Translations under genes and position numbers: made by a program | Shown: one piece after another, positions 49,810-62,885 of the stretch | How the letters are laid out: every line of letters begins with the position of its first letter | How positions within the stretch are numbered: position 1 is the first letter of the stretch | Assembly: GCF_009914755.1 (NCBI RefSeq) | Contig: NC_060927.1 | Source of the DNA: the human T2T-CHM13v2.0 reference genome, Homo sapiens | Direction: 5' to 3' (one strand) | DNA: 64,000 bases | Notes under the pieces: model-generated | What the model was told of the DNA's origin: nothing | Seen by the model: only the letters and a program-made list of their open reading frames with translations | The model's database searches: none

Positions 49810-51000
49810 GCCATTCAACAATTTTTATTGACGACTAATCCTATCTCTTTTTTAGGCTAGGCATACTTTTGGGTATAGGGTGGAATAAGGTACCACTCCT
49901 ATACTTAAGGATACAACATACATGAACAAATAGTAACTTTAGCGGATACTATAGTCGTAAGCTGAATCTCTGGATCTCAGAATTCAGAGTCCTCCAGAAA
50001 TGGTCTCCATATAAGAAATTGACAAACAAATGAATCCTTTGCTTGGAATTAGGCTTCTAGCTTAAATAACTGGATGCATGGTGCTCTTGATTACTGAAAT
50101 GAGAAAGTAAGATGACAAAGCTTGAAAAAAATTGTGCTAAGCAAATTTTTGGACATGTAGTACTTGCAGTGTATTTGAGACTTCCATGAAATGTCAAGGA
50201 GACAACTAAACACGTGTTTGAAACACAGAGGAGAGATTTGTGTTGAAGATCACAGTTTGGCTGCATATAATTGAAGTCATATGGGCTTAACTGAAATTGC
50301 CGAAGGAGCGTTAGAGGAAAAAGAAAACAGAGCCTTTGGTGACCATTGAAGAATTCCACCACTGAAGAATATGATAGAGAAAGAAGATGTAAGGGACATT
50401 AAAAGCCACTGTAGAGGTAGAAAGAAAACTAAGAGTGTATGGTGACAAAAAAATTAAGAGGAGAGAGTGGTCAAAAGTCTACAATGCTGCTGAGAGTTCA
50501 AATTATATAAATAATAAACTATATCCATTGGGTATAAAATGGTAGCCTCAGCTAAAGTTGTTGCAGTGGATTGATAGGAGTAGAAGCAGAACTTGAGGGA
50601 CTGAAAAGCAAGTACATGATAATGAGCAGTATTTACATGGGAGGAAAGTTCTTTGTACATTTGAGAGACATGAGTCATCAATAGTGTATGTTTCCTAACA
50701 AAAGACAAAAGAGGATGGAATAAACAAAGAAATGGAGAAATTGCCTTTAGGACAAGAAACTTCTTTCTATAGTAAATAGATAAAGAGAAATTGGATTCAT
50801 GTAGAGCAATAGTTCTCAATCTTGCCTGAAATACTATGGTATATTTTCCCTCTGAAATAATTGTAGGATGCAGGTTAAAAAATGACAAAACTACAGAAGT
50901 TAGACTGGAACATAGAAGAGGGGATGATTAATGATATCGGAGGAGCTAGATGAGGTAAAATGTGATGATCATGTGAATGAGTTTTGATAATATTAAATAA
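49810..51000 (-). mobile_element. L2 (fragmented)
   Basis: cattcaacaatttttattga terminus; ttttggacatgt, gaaatgtcaaggagacaact, ggagagagtggtcaa..tgctgctgagag. Confidence 0.72.
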
Positions 51001-51554
51001 ATAGGAAAAATTCATTTGGGGAAATATTTCTGCTCTAGCTAGAAGATTGCAAGTCTTTAAGTAGGTGCTTAAGTGTAAACTCCTTGGCATAGAATGCAAG
51101 ACCATTGATAAAATGCTCCCTCGAACGGTTTCCTATTTGCCTTCACTTCTAGACTCCTTCTGTGTTGCAGTTGTATAGACTTCTTAAGCAGTCCCTTCCA
51201 TATACCATGCTTCTCATGGTTTATTTTATTTTAAAATCATCTTTGATCCCCCACTCTTATGCAATGAAGGTTAGTAGCTCTCACTTCCAAGCACCCTATC
51301 ATTCTTACCTTATTTTTAATTTTTTAAATTTTAATGTCTTATAAGGTTTATTTATAACTACTTTTTGCTCCACTCCTGTTAGTAAATGGTCTCCTAATTT
51401 ACCTATTTTCTGGCAACTATCCCTCATGCATCACATAAAAGAGCCACTCAATAAAGTTGTTTCTTAACCAAGTGAATAAATAGATGAATTATGAATAAAT
51501 GGATGTAGAAAGCACAATCTCAAATAATTTAAGGCAGGACAGAGTATTTCATCT

Positions 51555-51680
51555 TAATTTAATATCTTCCATTGACAAATGGAGAGGTCAAGCAGAACAG
51601 ATGAAATGATACCCTTTAGCTCAGGCAGTTAATTTATGGTAAGACTAGGACACAAACTAAGTTCTCCTGATTTTTAGTGA
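51555..51680 (-). mobile_element. MIR fragment
   Basis: gacaaatggaga...aagactaggacacaaactaagttctcctga. Confidence 0.5.
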
Positions 51681-51767
51681 TGTTTAGTTTAGTTCTCATA
51701 CTAGCACATCATAAAACTTGTTATGCCGCCTCCTCCCCTGTAGTCAGCAACCTATTTAAGGCCTTCT

Positions 51768-52060
51768 CGCCGGGCACAGTGGCTCATGCCTGTAATCCTA
51801 GAACTTCGGGAGACTGAGGCGGGTGGATCACCTGAGGTTGGGAGTTTGAGACCAGCTGGCCAACATGGTGAAATCCCATCTCTACTGAAAATACAGAAAT
51901 TAGCCAGGAGTGGTAGCGGGCGCCTGTAATCCCAGCTACTCGAGAGGCTGAGAATCGCTTGAACCTGGGAGGCAGAGGTGGCAGTGAGCCGAGTTTGAGC
52001 CACTGCACTCCAGCCTGAGCGACAGAGGGAAACTCCATCTCAAAAATAAAAATAAAAATA
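51768..52060 (+). mobile_element. AluSq/Sp-like
   Basis: Dimer with gaggttgggag and gaaactccatctc; perfect TSD aaggccttct at 51758-51767 and 52061-52070. Confidence 0.94.
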
Positions 52061-52559
52061 AAGGCCTTCTTTTATGCTGTCAGGTTCTTGGATATTTCCA
52101 GAAGAGTAGCATGTCCCTAAGGACACTTTGGATCTCTGGGACCATTCCAAGACAAGCAAAGAACGGTAAGGGCATTGGTAAACATAAAGCAACTTCTCTG
52201 AATTTACCTATTTTTATACTTATGGCCTCAGTTTTCAGAAAACACCTCTCTATTCATTATACTACTAATCTTTATGGAGATTAAGTGGTACAATAATCCC
52301 CTTAAAAATTTCTCATTGGTATACTTTGCAGCATGCTACTCATGAAAAGTAGTGAGTTTATTTTGTTGCTACAATTAGATTTTTGTAAAAGAACAAATCT
52401 TAAAATTAGTTTCAAATCCACTAGGTTTGAAACATTATTCACGTGGTTTATTCTGCCAACACAAGTAAATTAATTCTCTAAATATTAACAAACAAAAAAC
52501 TGACTTTAGACATTGGCTGAGAGATAATTTACAGCATCCATTTACAAATATTTATTGGT

Positions 52560-52995
52560 TATTGGATTAGTAAGGGTCCCTTGGTTGAAATCCACAGGAT
52601 ACAACTCTAGTCATTTAAGCAAAATTAGTTTTATTATAAGCTTCATGATTTCTCATAGATAAAAGATAAACTAAAGAAAAAATGTTCCTGAAAGGTTAAT
52701 AATCATGAGGACTCCAGGAGGAGAAAAAAAAAAAAAAAGGCTCCTAAGTGAATTGTCACTGGAATTAAATCATCTCCATTTCCCATCCTGGAGTAACTTT
52801 GCTCAATATTCATATTTCTGAAAGGAAGCAACTTATTGGCCTAGCTCGGGCCACATGCTCATAGGAGGATAAGATTTATTTGACTGATATCCCCAATAAT
52901 CATGCTTGAAAGAAGATACTGGTCATTCCACAGAGGAAAACTTGCAGTGCTATTATCCCACCAAAGGATATGGATGTTGGCCAGGCACAAACAGA
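52560..52995 (-). mobile_element. Old MLT1 (J/K/L-type) LTR
   Basis: ttggttgaaa...aactctagtcatttaagcaaaa; attggcctagctcgggccacatgctc; tggatgttggccaggca. Confidence 0.6.
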
Positions 52996-53059
52996 CTGAT
53001 GATAATTACATTAATGATATAGTATTTTTTTAAGCTGGCTGAGATGAGATATGCCTACT

Positions 53060-54608
53060 TATTTATTTATTTAAAATTGACAAAATTATATATATTTAAT
53101 CATGTACAACATATGTATGCTTTGTGGAATGGCTAAATTGAGCTATAACAGATAAATTACTTCACATACCTATTTTTTGTGTGTGTGACACTTAAAAATC
53201 TTTCTTAGCAATTTTCAAGAATACAATACATTGTTATTAATTATACTCACTATGTTGTACACCAGACTCCTGTATTATTCCTCCTATGTAGCTGAAATTT
53301 TGTATCCTTTGACCAACATCTTCTCAACCTCCTTCCCCTCAGCCTCTGGTATCCACCATTTTACATTTTACTCTTTACTTCTATAAGCTCACTTTTTAAA
53401 AATTTCGCATGTAAGCGAGATCACACAGTATTTGTCTTTCTGAGCCTGGCTATTTCACTTAGCATAACGTCTTCCAGGCTTAACCATGCTGTTGCAAATG
53501 ACAGGATTTTCTTCTTTTTAAAAGGTTTTATAGTATTCCATTGCTTCCATATGCCATGTTTTCTTTATCCATTCATTAAGTAATGTATATTTAGGTTGAT
53601 TCCATATCTTGGCTATTACGAATAATGCTGTAATGAACATACAACTGCAGATATCTCTTTGACGTAGTGCTTTTATTTTATCTGGATATACATCCAGAAG
53701 TGGAATTACTGGTTCATAAAGGAACTTTATCATTAATTTTCTGAGGAACCTCCATACTGTTTTCTAAAATGGCTGCACTAATTTACATTCTCACTAACAG
53801 CACAAGTGTTGTCTTTTCTCCACATCATCTCCAACATTTGTCTTTTGTCTTTTTGATAGTAGTCATTCTATCAGGTGTGAAGTTTTAGTTCTTTGTGGTT
53901 TTAATTTGCATTTCTTTGATAATTCGTGATTTGGAGCATTTTTAATATACTTGTTGGCTGTTTGTATGTCTTCTTTTGAGATATACCTATTCATGTTTTG
54001 GGCGCATTTTAAATTTCTTTTCTTACTATTGAGTTGTTTGAGTTCCTTATATTTTGAATGTCCTTTATCAGATATACAGTTTGCAAATATTTTCTCTCAT
54101 TTTGTAGGTTGTCTCTTTGTTTCTTTGGCTATGCAGAAGCTATTTCATATGATGCAATCCCATTCATCTATTTTTGCTTTTATTGCCTGCATTTTAGGGA
54201 TCATACCCAAAAAAGAATTGCTTAGGCCAATGTCGTGGAAGTTTTCCCCTATTTTTTCTTCTAGTTTTTACAGTTTCAGGTTTTACATTTAAGTGTTTAA
54301 TTTATTTTGAGATCATTTTTATATATGGTGGAGATAAGGATATAATTTAATTCCTCTGTATGTAGATATCCAGTTGCCTCAACACACTATTGAAGAGACT
54401 GTTCTTTCCCCACTGTGTGTTCTTGACAACTTCATCAAAAATCAATTGACTGTAGCTGTGTGGATTTATTTCTGGGTTCTCTATTCTGTTTCATTGTACC
54501 ATCTGTCTGTTTTTATGATAGTACCATGCTATTTTGATTACTATAACTTGTGGTATATTTTGAAGTCAGGTAGTGTGATACCTCTAGCTTTGTTCTTTTT
54601 GCTCTTTA
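53060..54608 (-). mobile_element. L1MA8-like 5'-truncated LINE-1
   Basis: ggaatggctaaattgagcta 3' UTR; ORF 53518-53733 (YEPVIPLLDVYP...MFITALFVIAKIWNQPK). Confidence 0.88.
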
Positions 54609-55064
54609 GGGAACAATGGGTGTTTTGTAACAAACTTTCAGTGAAACAGAGAACCTCTCTGTCCTGATAATGGACCCCATTAATTTGGTTTCTTAAGGAA
54701 AAAGATGGCTTTACTATTGAGTTCACCCATTCACTCACCCATATTACTTTGGGCAGTCAACTAACATCTAATAATTACTTATTCTCTTACTACAGATATT
54801 TGCTACACCCTGGATTCACAAGAAATTCTTATGTTGTATGTCAAAGAAAGCAAATGTCCAATAAAGATAATAGCAAAGTGAATAAATTTCAAATTCCCTA
54901 AAGATAATGCAACATAATCCACAATTCAGACAAATGAAAGAGTAACATCATGGGCAAGTGGTAGGAAATATTCATTGCTGTAAATAAAAAATTTTGGGCA
55001 ATCAAGTTGCTGATAAACCCAGTTTTTCAATAAAATCCATAATAATTATTATTTAGAAAAGAAT

Positions 55065-55302
55065 TGAGTAGGTTTAATTGAGAGGACCTTGGAATTAGCC
55101 TACTACAGTCTGAGGCTCATGTCTACCAAATTTTATCATTTTAACCTCGGTCAAGTGACACGGTTTCTCCATGTTTTTATTTACGAAATAATACAATTTC
55201 CTTTATAAAGATTATTGAGGCCTGAAAAAAGACAGCATGTGTATAATATTTTTAGAAGAAACCCATCATATAAGTGTTCAATAAGTGACAGTTGTTAGCT
55301 AT
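55065..55302 (+). mobile_element. MIR
   Basis: ttggaattag...ttaacctcggtcaagtgac...gattattgagg...taagtgttcaataagtgacagt. Confidence 0.7.
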
Positions 55303-55990
55303 ACTTTAATCATCTGACTTAAATTTATAAAAGTCAATACTGCTTCTGATCCTAGAGCACTGTTAACTAAATATGGATACTCTACTGCAGAGATGGATCA
55401 TTGTCTAAATACATTTTCAGCTATCATAATAGAGTGCCCAATAATGATTTATAGATGAATATCTGTATCTATATGTATATCTATCTGTAATGATTATATA
55501 TAATGAATATGTATGCAATTTCATTATTAAAAGTATAATATCAATATTATTTTGATGTTTCCATAAGTGTTTTCTTTACCATTTTAAAGGTAAACTTTTG
55601 GCCTAGTAAGGAGAAAATGAGATATGAAAGGTCATCACATTAGACACCACTTAGAAGCTATGTTTATTGCTATCAGAAAGTCTATATTCTGAAGTTTTAA
55701 AGTGAAATTTCGAACAGAAACTCTTCTTTCATTATACTTCGCAAACATAAATCTATATATTTATAAGGCTTTCTTCTTCTACCCAAGACTTTGCCATTTA
55801 CCACATTCTAACTACTCTCTGAAAAATCCATTTCTCTCTTTTTCCACATTAGGCATTTTTTACCTATCTTTTTTTTTCCTTTTACTTTGGTTGAGCCATA
55901 AAAATTGTACATATACAGAGTGATATGTGTATACAATGTGTATTGATCAAACCAGGGTAATTAGCATATTCATCACCTTAAATAGTTATC

Positions 55991-56802
55991 TTTTTTTTTA
56001 ACTTTTATTTTAGGTTCGGGGGTACATGTGCAGGTTTGTTATGTAGGCAAATTGAATGTCATAGGGGCTTGGTGTACAGATTATTTCATCACCAAGGTAA
56101 TAAGCATAGTACCTCATAGGTAGTTTTTTGATCCTCACCCTTTTCCCATCCTTCACCCATAAGTAGGCCCTGGTATCTGTTGTTTCCTTCTTTGTGTCCA
56201 TGTGTCCTCAGCGCTTAGCTTCCACTTAGACATTAGAATATACGGTATTTGGCTTTTGTTCTTGCATTAATTTGCTTAGGATAATGGCCTCCACTTCCAT
56301 CCATGCTGCTACAAAAGACATGATTTCATTCTTTTTTTATGGCTGTGTGATATTTTATGGTGTATTTATGTCACATTTTCTTTATCCAGTCTATTGTTGA
56401 TGTGCACTTAGCTTTATTCCAGGTCTTTGCTATTGTGAATAGGATTGTGATAAACATATGCATGCATGTGTCTTTAGGGTAGAATGATTTATATTCCTTT
56501 GAGTATATACCCAATAATGGGATTGTTGAGTTCGAATGGTAATTCTGTTTTAAGTTCCTTGAGAAATTGCCAAACTGCTTTCCACAATGGCTGAACGACT
56601 ATACATTCCCACCAGCAGTGTATAAGCATTCCCTTTTCTCTGCAACCTCACCAGCATCTGTTAATTTTTGACTTTTTAATAATAGCCATTCTGATTGGTT
56701 GTGAGATGGCATGTCATTGTGGTTTTGATTTGCAATTCTCACATGATCAGCGATGTTAAGCCTTCCTTAATATGATCATTGGCTGCGTGTACGTCTTTTT
56801 TT
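55991..56802 (-). mobile_element. L1PA13-15-type 3' segment
   Basis: ttttaggttcgggggtacatgtgcaggtttgtt...ggtgtacagattatttcatcacc. Confidence 0.88.
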
Positions 56803-56814
56803 ATCTATCTAGAA

Positions 56815-57865
56815 TTTTTTTTTAATTTTTCTTTAATTTTATTTATTTATTTATTCTTTAAATTCTGGGATACTTGTGCAGAACATGCAGATTTTTTACA
56901 TAGGTATACGTGTGCCATGGTGGTTTGCTGCACCAATCAACATGTCACCTAGGCTTTAAGCCCCACATGCATTAGCTATTTGTCTGGATGCTCCCCCTCC
57001 CCTTATCCCCCACCCCTCGACAGGCCCCAGTGTGGATTGTTCCCCTCCCTTTACCCACGTGTTCTCATTCTTCAACTCCCACTTATAAGTGAAAACATGC
57101 AGTGTTTGGTTTTCTGTTCCTATGTTAGTTTGCTAAGGATTGTGTCTTCCAGCTTCATCCATGTCCCTGCAAAGGACATGATCTCATTCTTTTTTATGGC
57201 TGCATAGTATTCCATGGTGTGAATGAACCACATTTTCTTTATCCAGTCTATCACTAATGAGCATTTGAGTTGGTTGCATGTCTTTGTTATTGTGAATAGT
57301 GCTGCAGTAAACATACATGTTCATGTGTCTTTATAGTAGAATAATTTTTATTCCTTTGGGTGTATACCCAGTAATGGGATTGCTGGGTCAAATGATATTT
57401 CTGGTTCTAGATCCTTGAGGAATCACCACATTGTCTTCCACAACGGTTGAACCAATTTACATCCCCACCAACAGTGTAAAAGAGTTCCTATTTCTCTACA
57501 GCCTCGCCAGCATCTCTTGTTTCTTGACTTTTTAATAATCACCATTATGACTGGTGCGGGCTGATATCTCATTGTGGTTTTGATTTGCATTTCTCTAGCG
57601 ATCAGTGATGTTGAGCTTTTTTTCATATGTTTGTTGGCTGCCATTAATTACTGCCTCAATTTCAGAACTTGTTATTGGTCTATCCAGGGATTCGACTTTT
57701 TCCTAGTTTAGTCTTGGGAGAGTGTATGTTTCCAGGAATTTATTAATTTCTTCTGGATTTTCTAGTTTATTTGCATAGAGATGTTTATGGTATTCTGTGA
57801 TGGTAGTTTGCATTTCTGTGGGGTCAGTGGTGATATCTTCTTTGCCATTTTTTATTGCGTCTATT
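56815..57865 (-). mobile_element. L1PA8-type 3' segment with internal ORF2 deletion
   Basis: ttctgggatac...ttaagccccacatgcattagctatttgtc; ORFs 57120-57314 and 57423-57644; jump at 57641/57642 to mid-ORF2. Confidence 0.9.
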
Positions 57866-59479
57866 TAGTTATCATTTTTTGTGTTGTAAACATTCAAAAT
57901 TCTTTTTTCTAGCTTTTGGAGAGTATACAATAAATTACAGCTAATCCTATTTACCCAACAGTGCTGCGGATCACCAGAACTCATTCCTTCTATCGAGTTG
58001 CAATTTTGTGTTTGTTAACCAACCTCTTCCTAGCCCCTCATCCTCCCTATTTTCCGTGTTTCTAATACCCACAATTATACTTTCTACTTCTGTGAGCTCA
58101 ATATTTCTTTTTATCTTCCACATATCTGTGAGAACATGCAATATTTACCCTCTGTGCCTGACCCATTTTGCTTAACATAGTGTCCTCCAGGCTCAGGCTC
58201 ATCCATGTTGTTGTGAATGACAGATTTTTTTTTTCATGGTTGAATAGTATTCTGTTGTGTATACATACCATGGTTTCTTTATCTATTATCTATTGATGAA
58301 TACTTAGATTGATTCCATATCCTAGCTATTGTGAATAGTGCTGCAATAAACATGGGGATGCCGATATTTCTTTGATATACTAATTGTCTTTCCTTTGGAT
58401 AAAAGGCCAGTAGTGGGATTGCTGGCTCATATATAGTTTTACTTTTAGCTTTCTGAGAAACTTTCATACTCTTTTCCATAGTGGCTGTACTAATTTATAT
58501 TCCCATCAACAATGTATAAAAATTCCCTTTTTTCTATATCCTTTCCAGCATTTGCTATTTGTAATGTTTCTTAAAATTCATAAGGAACTACAAAAGACCC
58601 TTCATAGTCAAAGCAATATTGAGTAAAAAGAACAAAGCTGGAGACATCACACTACTTTTTGTCTTCAAAATATATAACAAAAAATTATAAAATTGGTATA
58701 AAAGCAGGCAACTAGACCAATGGAACATTATTTTAAAAACCCAGAAATAAATCCATGTATTTACAGCCATTTGATCTTTGACAAAGAACATACATTGGGG
58801 AAAGGACACTTTCTTCAATAAATGGTGCTAGGAAAATTGGATATCTGTATGCAGAAAAATGAAACTAGACTCCTATCTAGCACCATGTTCATAAATCAAC
58901 TCAAAACATATAAGCAATTTAAATGTAAGTCCCCAAACTATAAAACTACCTGAAGAAAACATAAGGGAAAAGCTTTAGGACATTGGTCTAGGCTACAATT
59001 TTATGACTGAGACTTCCAAAGCACAAGCAACAAAAACAAAAGTAGATGAATGAGATTATATTAAACTAAAAGGCCTCTGCAGAACAAATAAAATAATCAA
59101 CAGAGTGAACAGACAACCTGTAGAATTGGAGAAAATTTTCACAAACTATTCAGAATTGAATGTCTTGTAATGTTGAGAATATACAAGGAACTCAAACAAC
59201 CCAACAGCAATAATAATAATGATCATCATCCTCATCATGATCATCATCCCTTTAAAATGTTGCCAAGGACTTCATCAGACATTTCTCAAAAGAAGACACA
59301 CATATAGCCAACAACATGAAAAATTAATGCTTAAAATTATTAACCATTAGGGAAATGCAAATCAAAACCACAATGAGATATTAATATCAACTTACCCTAG
59401 TTACTTATTTTTTATAGAATGTATCACATTATTTTTTGAAAGTATTTACAGATCCTTCTCTTTTGCTGGACTAAATTCA

Positions 59480-59578
59480 GAGGCTGGTATCATGTATTCA
59501 CTTTCTTATTGTGGCTTCTCACACAGAGCCGGGCACATGGTAGAAATTCAATCAAGGTTTGTTAAATAAGTAAATGAA
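59480..59578 (+). mobile_element. L2 3' terminus
   Basis: cacagagccgggcacatggtag...tttgttaaataagtaaatgaa. Confidence 0.7.
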
Positions 59579-61793
59579 ACATTTGGCAAAATAAGCGTCA
59601 TTTCAAGACAAAGTTCCTACCCTGTTTTCAACAAGAGGCTGGGTGAAGGCAGTGTTTATTTTTTATTGCTCCATTACTTCCTTGGTCCTTAAATTATATT
59701 CTTACTTTTGGAAAAAAAATTATCTTTCAAAGCAATGTATCTCATTCTTCGTTAAAGGAATTTGCTCAGGTTCTGTGAACATTTCATTGCCCTATATAAA
59801 TGTTTTAGTGACTAGGAAACAAAAATATCCAGGCCTATGAAAAGTGTAATGAGTCCCAATATAGCCATTTGTAATGGGGATTTAACTGCTTTGTTTGTGA
59901 GCTTCTGCTAAGGAAACAGATTACCTTCATCATGTGCTAATACCCCGGAGTCGATGTAAACTCTGTTCCACTGTAGAAAGGTATCATGGGGATGCCAGCA
60001 AAGACTCTAAGATCAATTTTGTAAACCTGTAAGCTGGTAAACAAAAAAAAATTATTCCTGGTTCCAAACCCAGCTCAACACTCTTCTTCCTTGTAAAGGA
60101 CTTAAAACTAATTAATAAATTGTCATAGATATTTTCAAAATTGAAATCCTATTTTCATAATAATTGAAGCACTTGTGTACAAAATATTGTGTACTGAATG
60201 TCTAAGAACCTAAGGTCTAAGAGAGTCATAATGAAAAAGACATAACTCCTTGGATTAAATTATGATAGTGTCACAAATGTCAAAAAATTATTTAATTAGC
60301 CTGAACTTGTCACAAAAGCTTTAAGTGTATCTTTGTTTCCCATACAGTTTTACTTTGCTTAATTTCAAATTTGTCACTGTTATATACATATATATATATA
60401 TCTTATCTTTACATTATAAGCCTTAATAAATGTGAGGTCTCTGTTTACATGCTTGGTAAATACACTTTTACCTTCTCACCTACCACAACAAATAGCACTA
60501 AACCATTACGGAGAGAGTAGTCAGATTTATAAAAATTAAAGCAAATGCACATTATTACCATGTGTAAAAATACTAGACATTACATACATTGTATATAAAA
60601 ATACTATGATATAATGAAAATATATCATATGTAAAAATGTCAACTGTGTAAAAAACATTTAAAAAAATTCTTTCATGCTTATTCAACAAATGTTTCCTAA
60701 AAGATTTTCCTTGAAGCAAAGCAATTTAATTTTTTCTGTCATAGTATTCTCAGTGGTTATAAACTTAATTATCTTTGTATGCTTCACATTTACTTGCATT
60801 TATGACAAATTTTTTATTTTCTTAGCATAACTTTTTGAAATCAAAATATGAACTAGCAAGGTGTAAGTTTGATTAGAGGAACAAGAACAATAACAAGTAA
60901 TCATAGCAATGAGATGTTAATTGGTGTCTGGGTAGTTTTATTCATAGTAACAAGGGGACATAATATCTCTGTGTCCTTTACTGCTCAACAACACTTTGCT
61001 AGATCTTCTTTTATAATGCCAATTATATTGCACTTGAAATTCACAGGTATTTTAACAGCATAGAGGGATACAGACTGATTAAAAAGACTGTCTCTTCTAA
61101 CAGGGAGGCAATGTTTAAAATTAAGGCGATATATTTTTCCAAACTCCCTTGTCTTAAATTTCAAAGTCCAAAGTTGAAGAGTTTTGAGAATTATAGTTTC
61201 TAAAAAATCCTGGTTAAGGTATATTTGCATTATAAGATTGACCAATTTTCTGAAAAGATTTTTCCTGCAGTAAATGAGAGCAAGAAACACGAAAATCAAG
61301 TGTAGTAAAATGTAAAAAGTTTTTCTTAGGAATTATCTTAAGTAATTTTAGCATGGAGCAGTATTTTAGATGCAGACGCTGAAAGGGAATCTTGATTTGT
61401 TGTTTTGTGTGTTCATATAGCTAGTAGACACTGCTAGATTGATTGATTCAAAAATAAAACAGAATTGGCCATTTTCTAGTGAATTGTATTTCTCTATAGG
61501 AAATTTAGACAATTTCAGGAGGTTGGGAAGTAAAAACATTTACACTAAGCATTATTAAATTTACTTACCTGCATAATCTCAATTCTCAGATAATGGTCAG
61601 TTATTATACATTTAAAAAATGATTTTATAAACTCTCCCATAAATTGTCGAAAATACAGAGAAAACTCATTAGAAATAAATAAGCTTAGCTAAGAAATTAT
61701 TCAGTAATTGGAGCTGTTTATTTTGTCATCCACACAGGAACCCCATCCGTAGGTCACCAACATCAAAGACCAAAAATAGATAAATCCATGAAG

Positions 61794-62823
61794 ACGAGGA
61801 AAAACCAGCACAGAAAGACTGAAAATTCCCCAAACCAGAACGCCTCTTCTACTCCAAAGGATCGCAACTCCTCACCAGTAAGTAAACAAAACTGGACGGA
61901 GAATGAGTTTGAAGAATTGACAGAAGTAGGCTTCAGAAGATGGGTAATAACAAACTCCTCTGAGCTAAAGGAGCATGTTCTAACCCAATGCAAGGAAGCT
62001 AAGAACCTTGAAAAAAGGTTAGACAAATTGCTAACTATAATGACCAGTTTAGAGCAGAACATAAATGACCTGATGGAGCTGAAAAACACAGCACAAGAAC
62101 TTCATGAAGCATACACTGGTATCAATAGCTGAATCGATCAAGCAGAAGAAAGGATATCAGAGTTTGAAGATCAACTTAATCAAATAAAGTGTGAAGACAA
62201 GATTAGAGAAACAAGAATGAAAAGGAATGAACAAAGCCTCCAAGAAATATGGGACTATGTGAAAAGACCAAACCTACGTTTGACTGGTGTACCTGAAAGT
62301 GATGGGGAAAATGGAACTAAGTTGGAAAACATTCTTCAGGATATTTTCCAAGAGAACTTCCCCAACCTAGCAGGACAGGCCAATATTCAAATTCAGGAAA
62401 TACAGAGAATGCCACAAAGATACTCCTCTAGAAGAGCAACCCCAAGACACATACATAATCCTCAGATTTAGCAAAGTGGAAAAGAAGGAAAAAATGTTAA
62501 GGGCAGCCCAAGAGAAAGGTCAGGTTACCAACAAAGGGAAGCCCATCAGACTAACAGCAGATCTCTCTGCAGAAACCCAACAAGCCAGAAGAGAGTGGGG
62601 GCCAATATTCAACATTCTTAAAGAAAAGGATTTTCAGCCCAGAATTTCACATCCAGCCAAGCTAAGCTTCACAAATGAAGGAGATATAAAATCCTTTACA
62701 GACAAGCAAATGCAGAGAGATTTTGTCACCACCAGGCCTGCCTTACAGGAGCTCCTGAAGGAAGCACTAAATATGGAAAGGAAAAAACGGTACCTGCCAC
62801 TTCAAAAACACACCAAATTGTAA
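61794..62823 (+). pseudogene. Disabled L1 ORF1
   Basis: Start codon mutated to ACG, in-frame TGA at 62130-62132, frameshift near 62455. Confidence 0.9.
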
Positions 62824-62885
62824 AGACCATTGATACAATGAAGCAACTGCATGAACTAGCGGGCAAAAAACCAGCTAGCATTATA

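Larger units (their letters stand above)
55870..59403 (-). mobile_element. L1MA3/4-type element with 5' inversion (minus 55870-55990 and 57874-58562; inverted plus segment 58575-59403)
   Basis: The 3' UTR resumes in register after the nested insert; ORF2 switches strand at ~58570; degenerate TSD ttac(c/t)tat(c/t)ttttt at ~55860 and ~59401. Confidence 0.85.
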
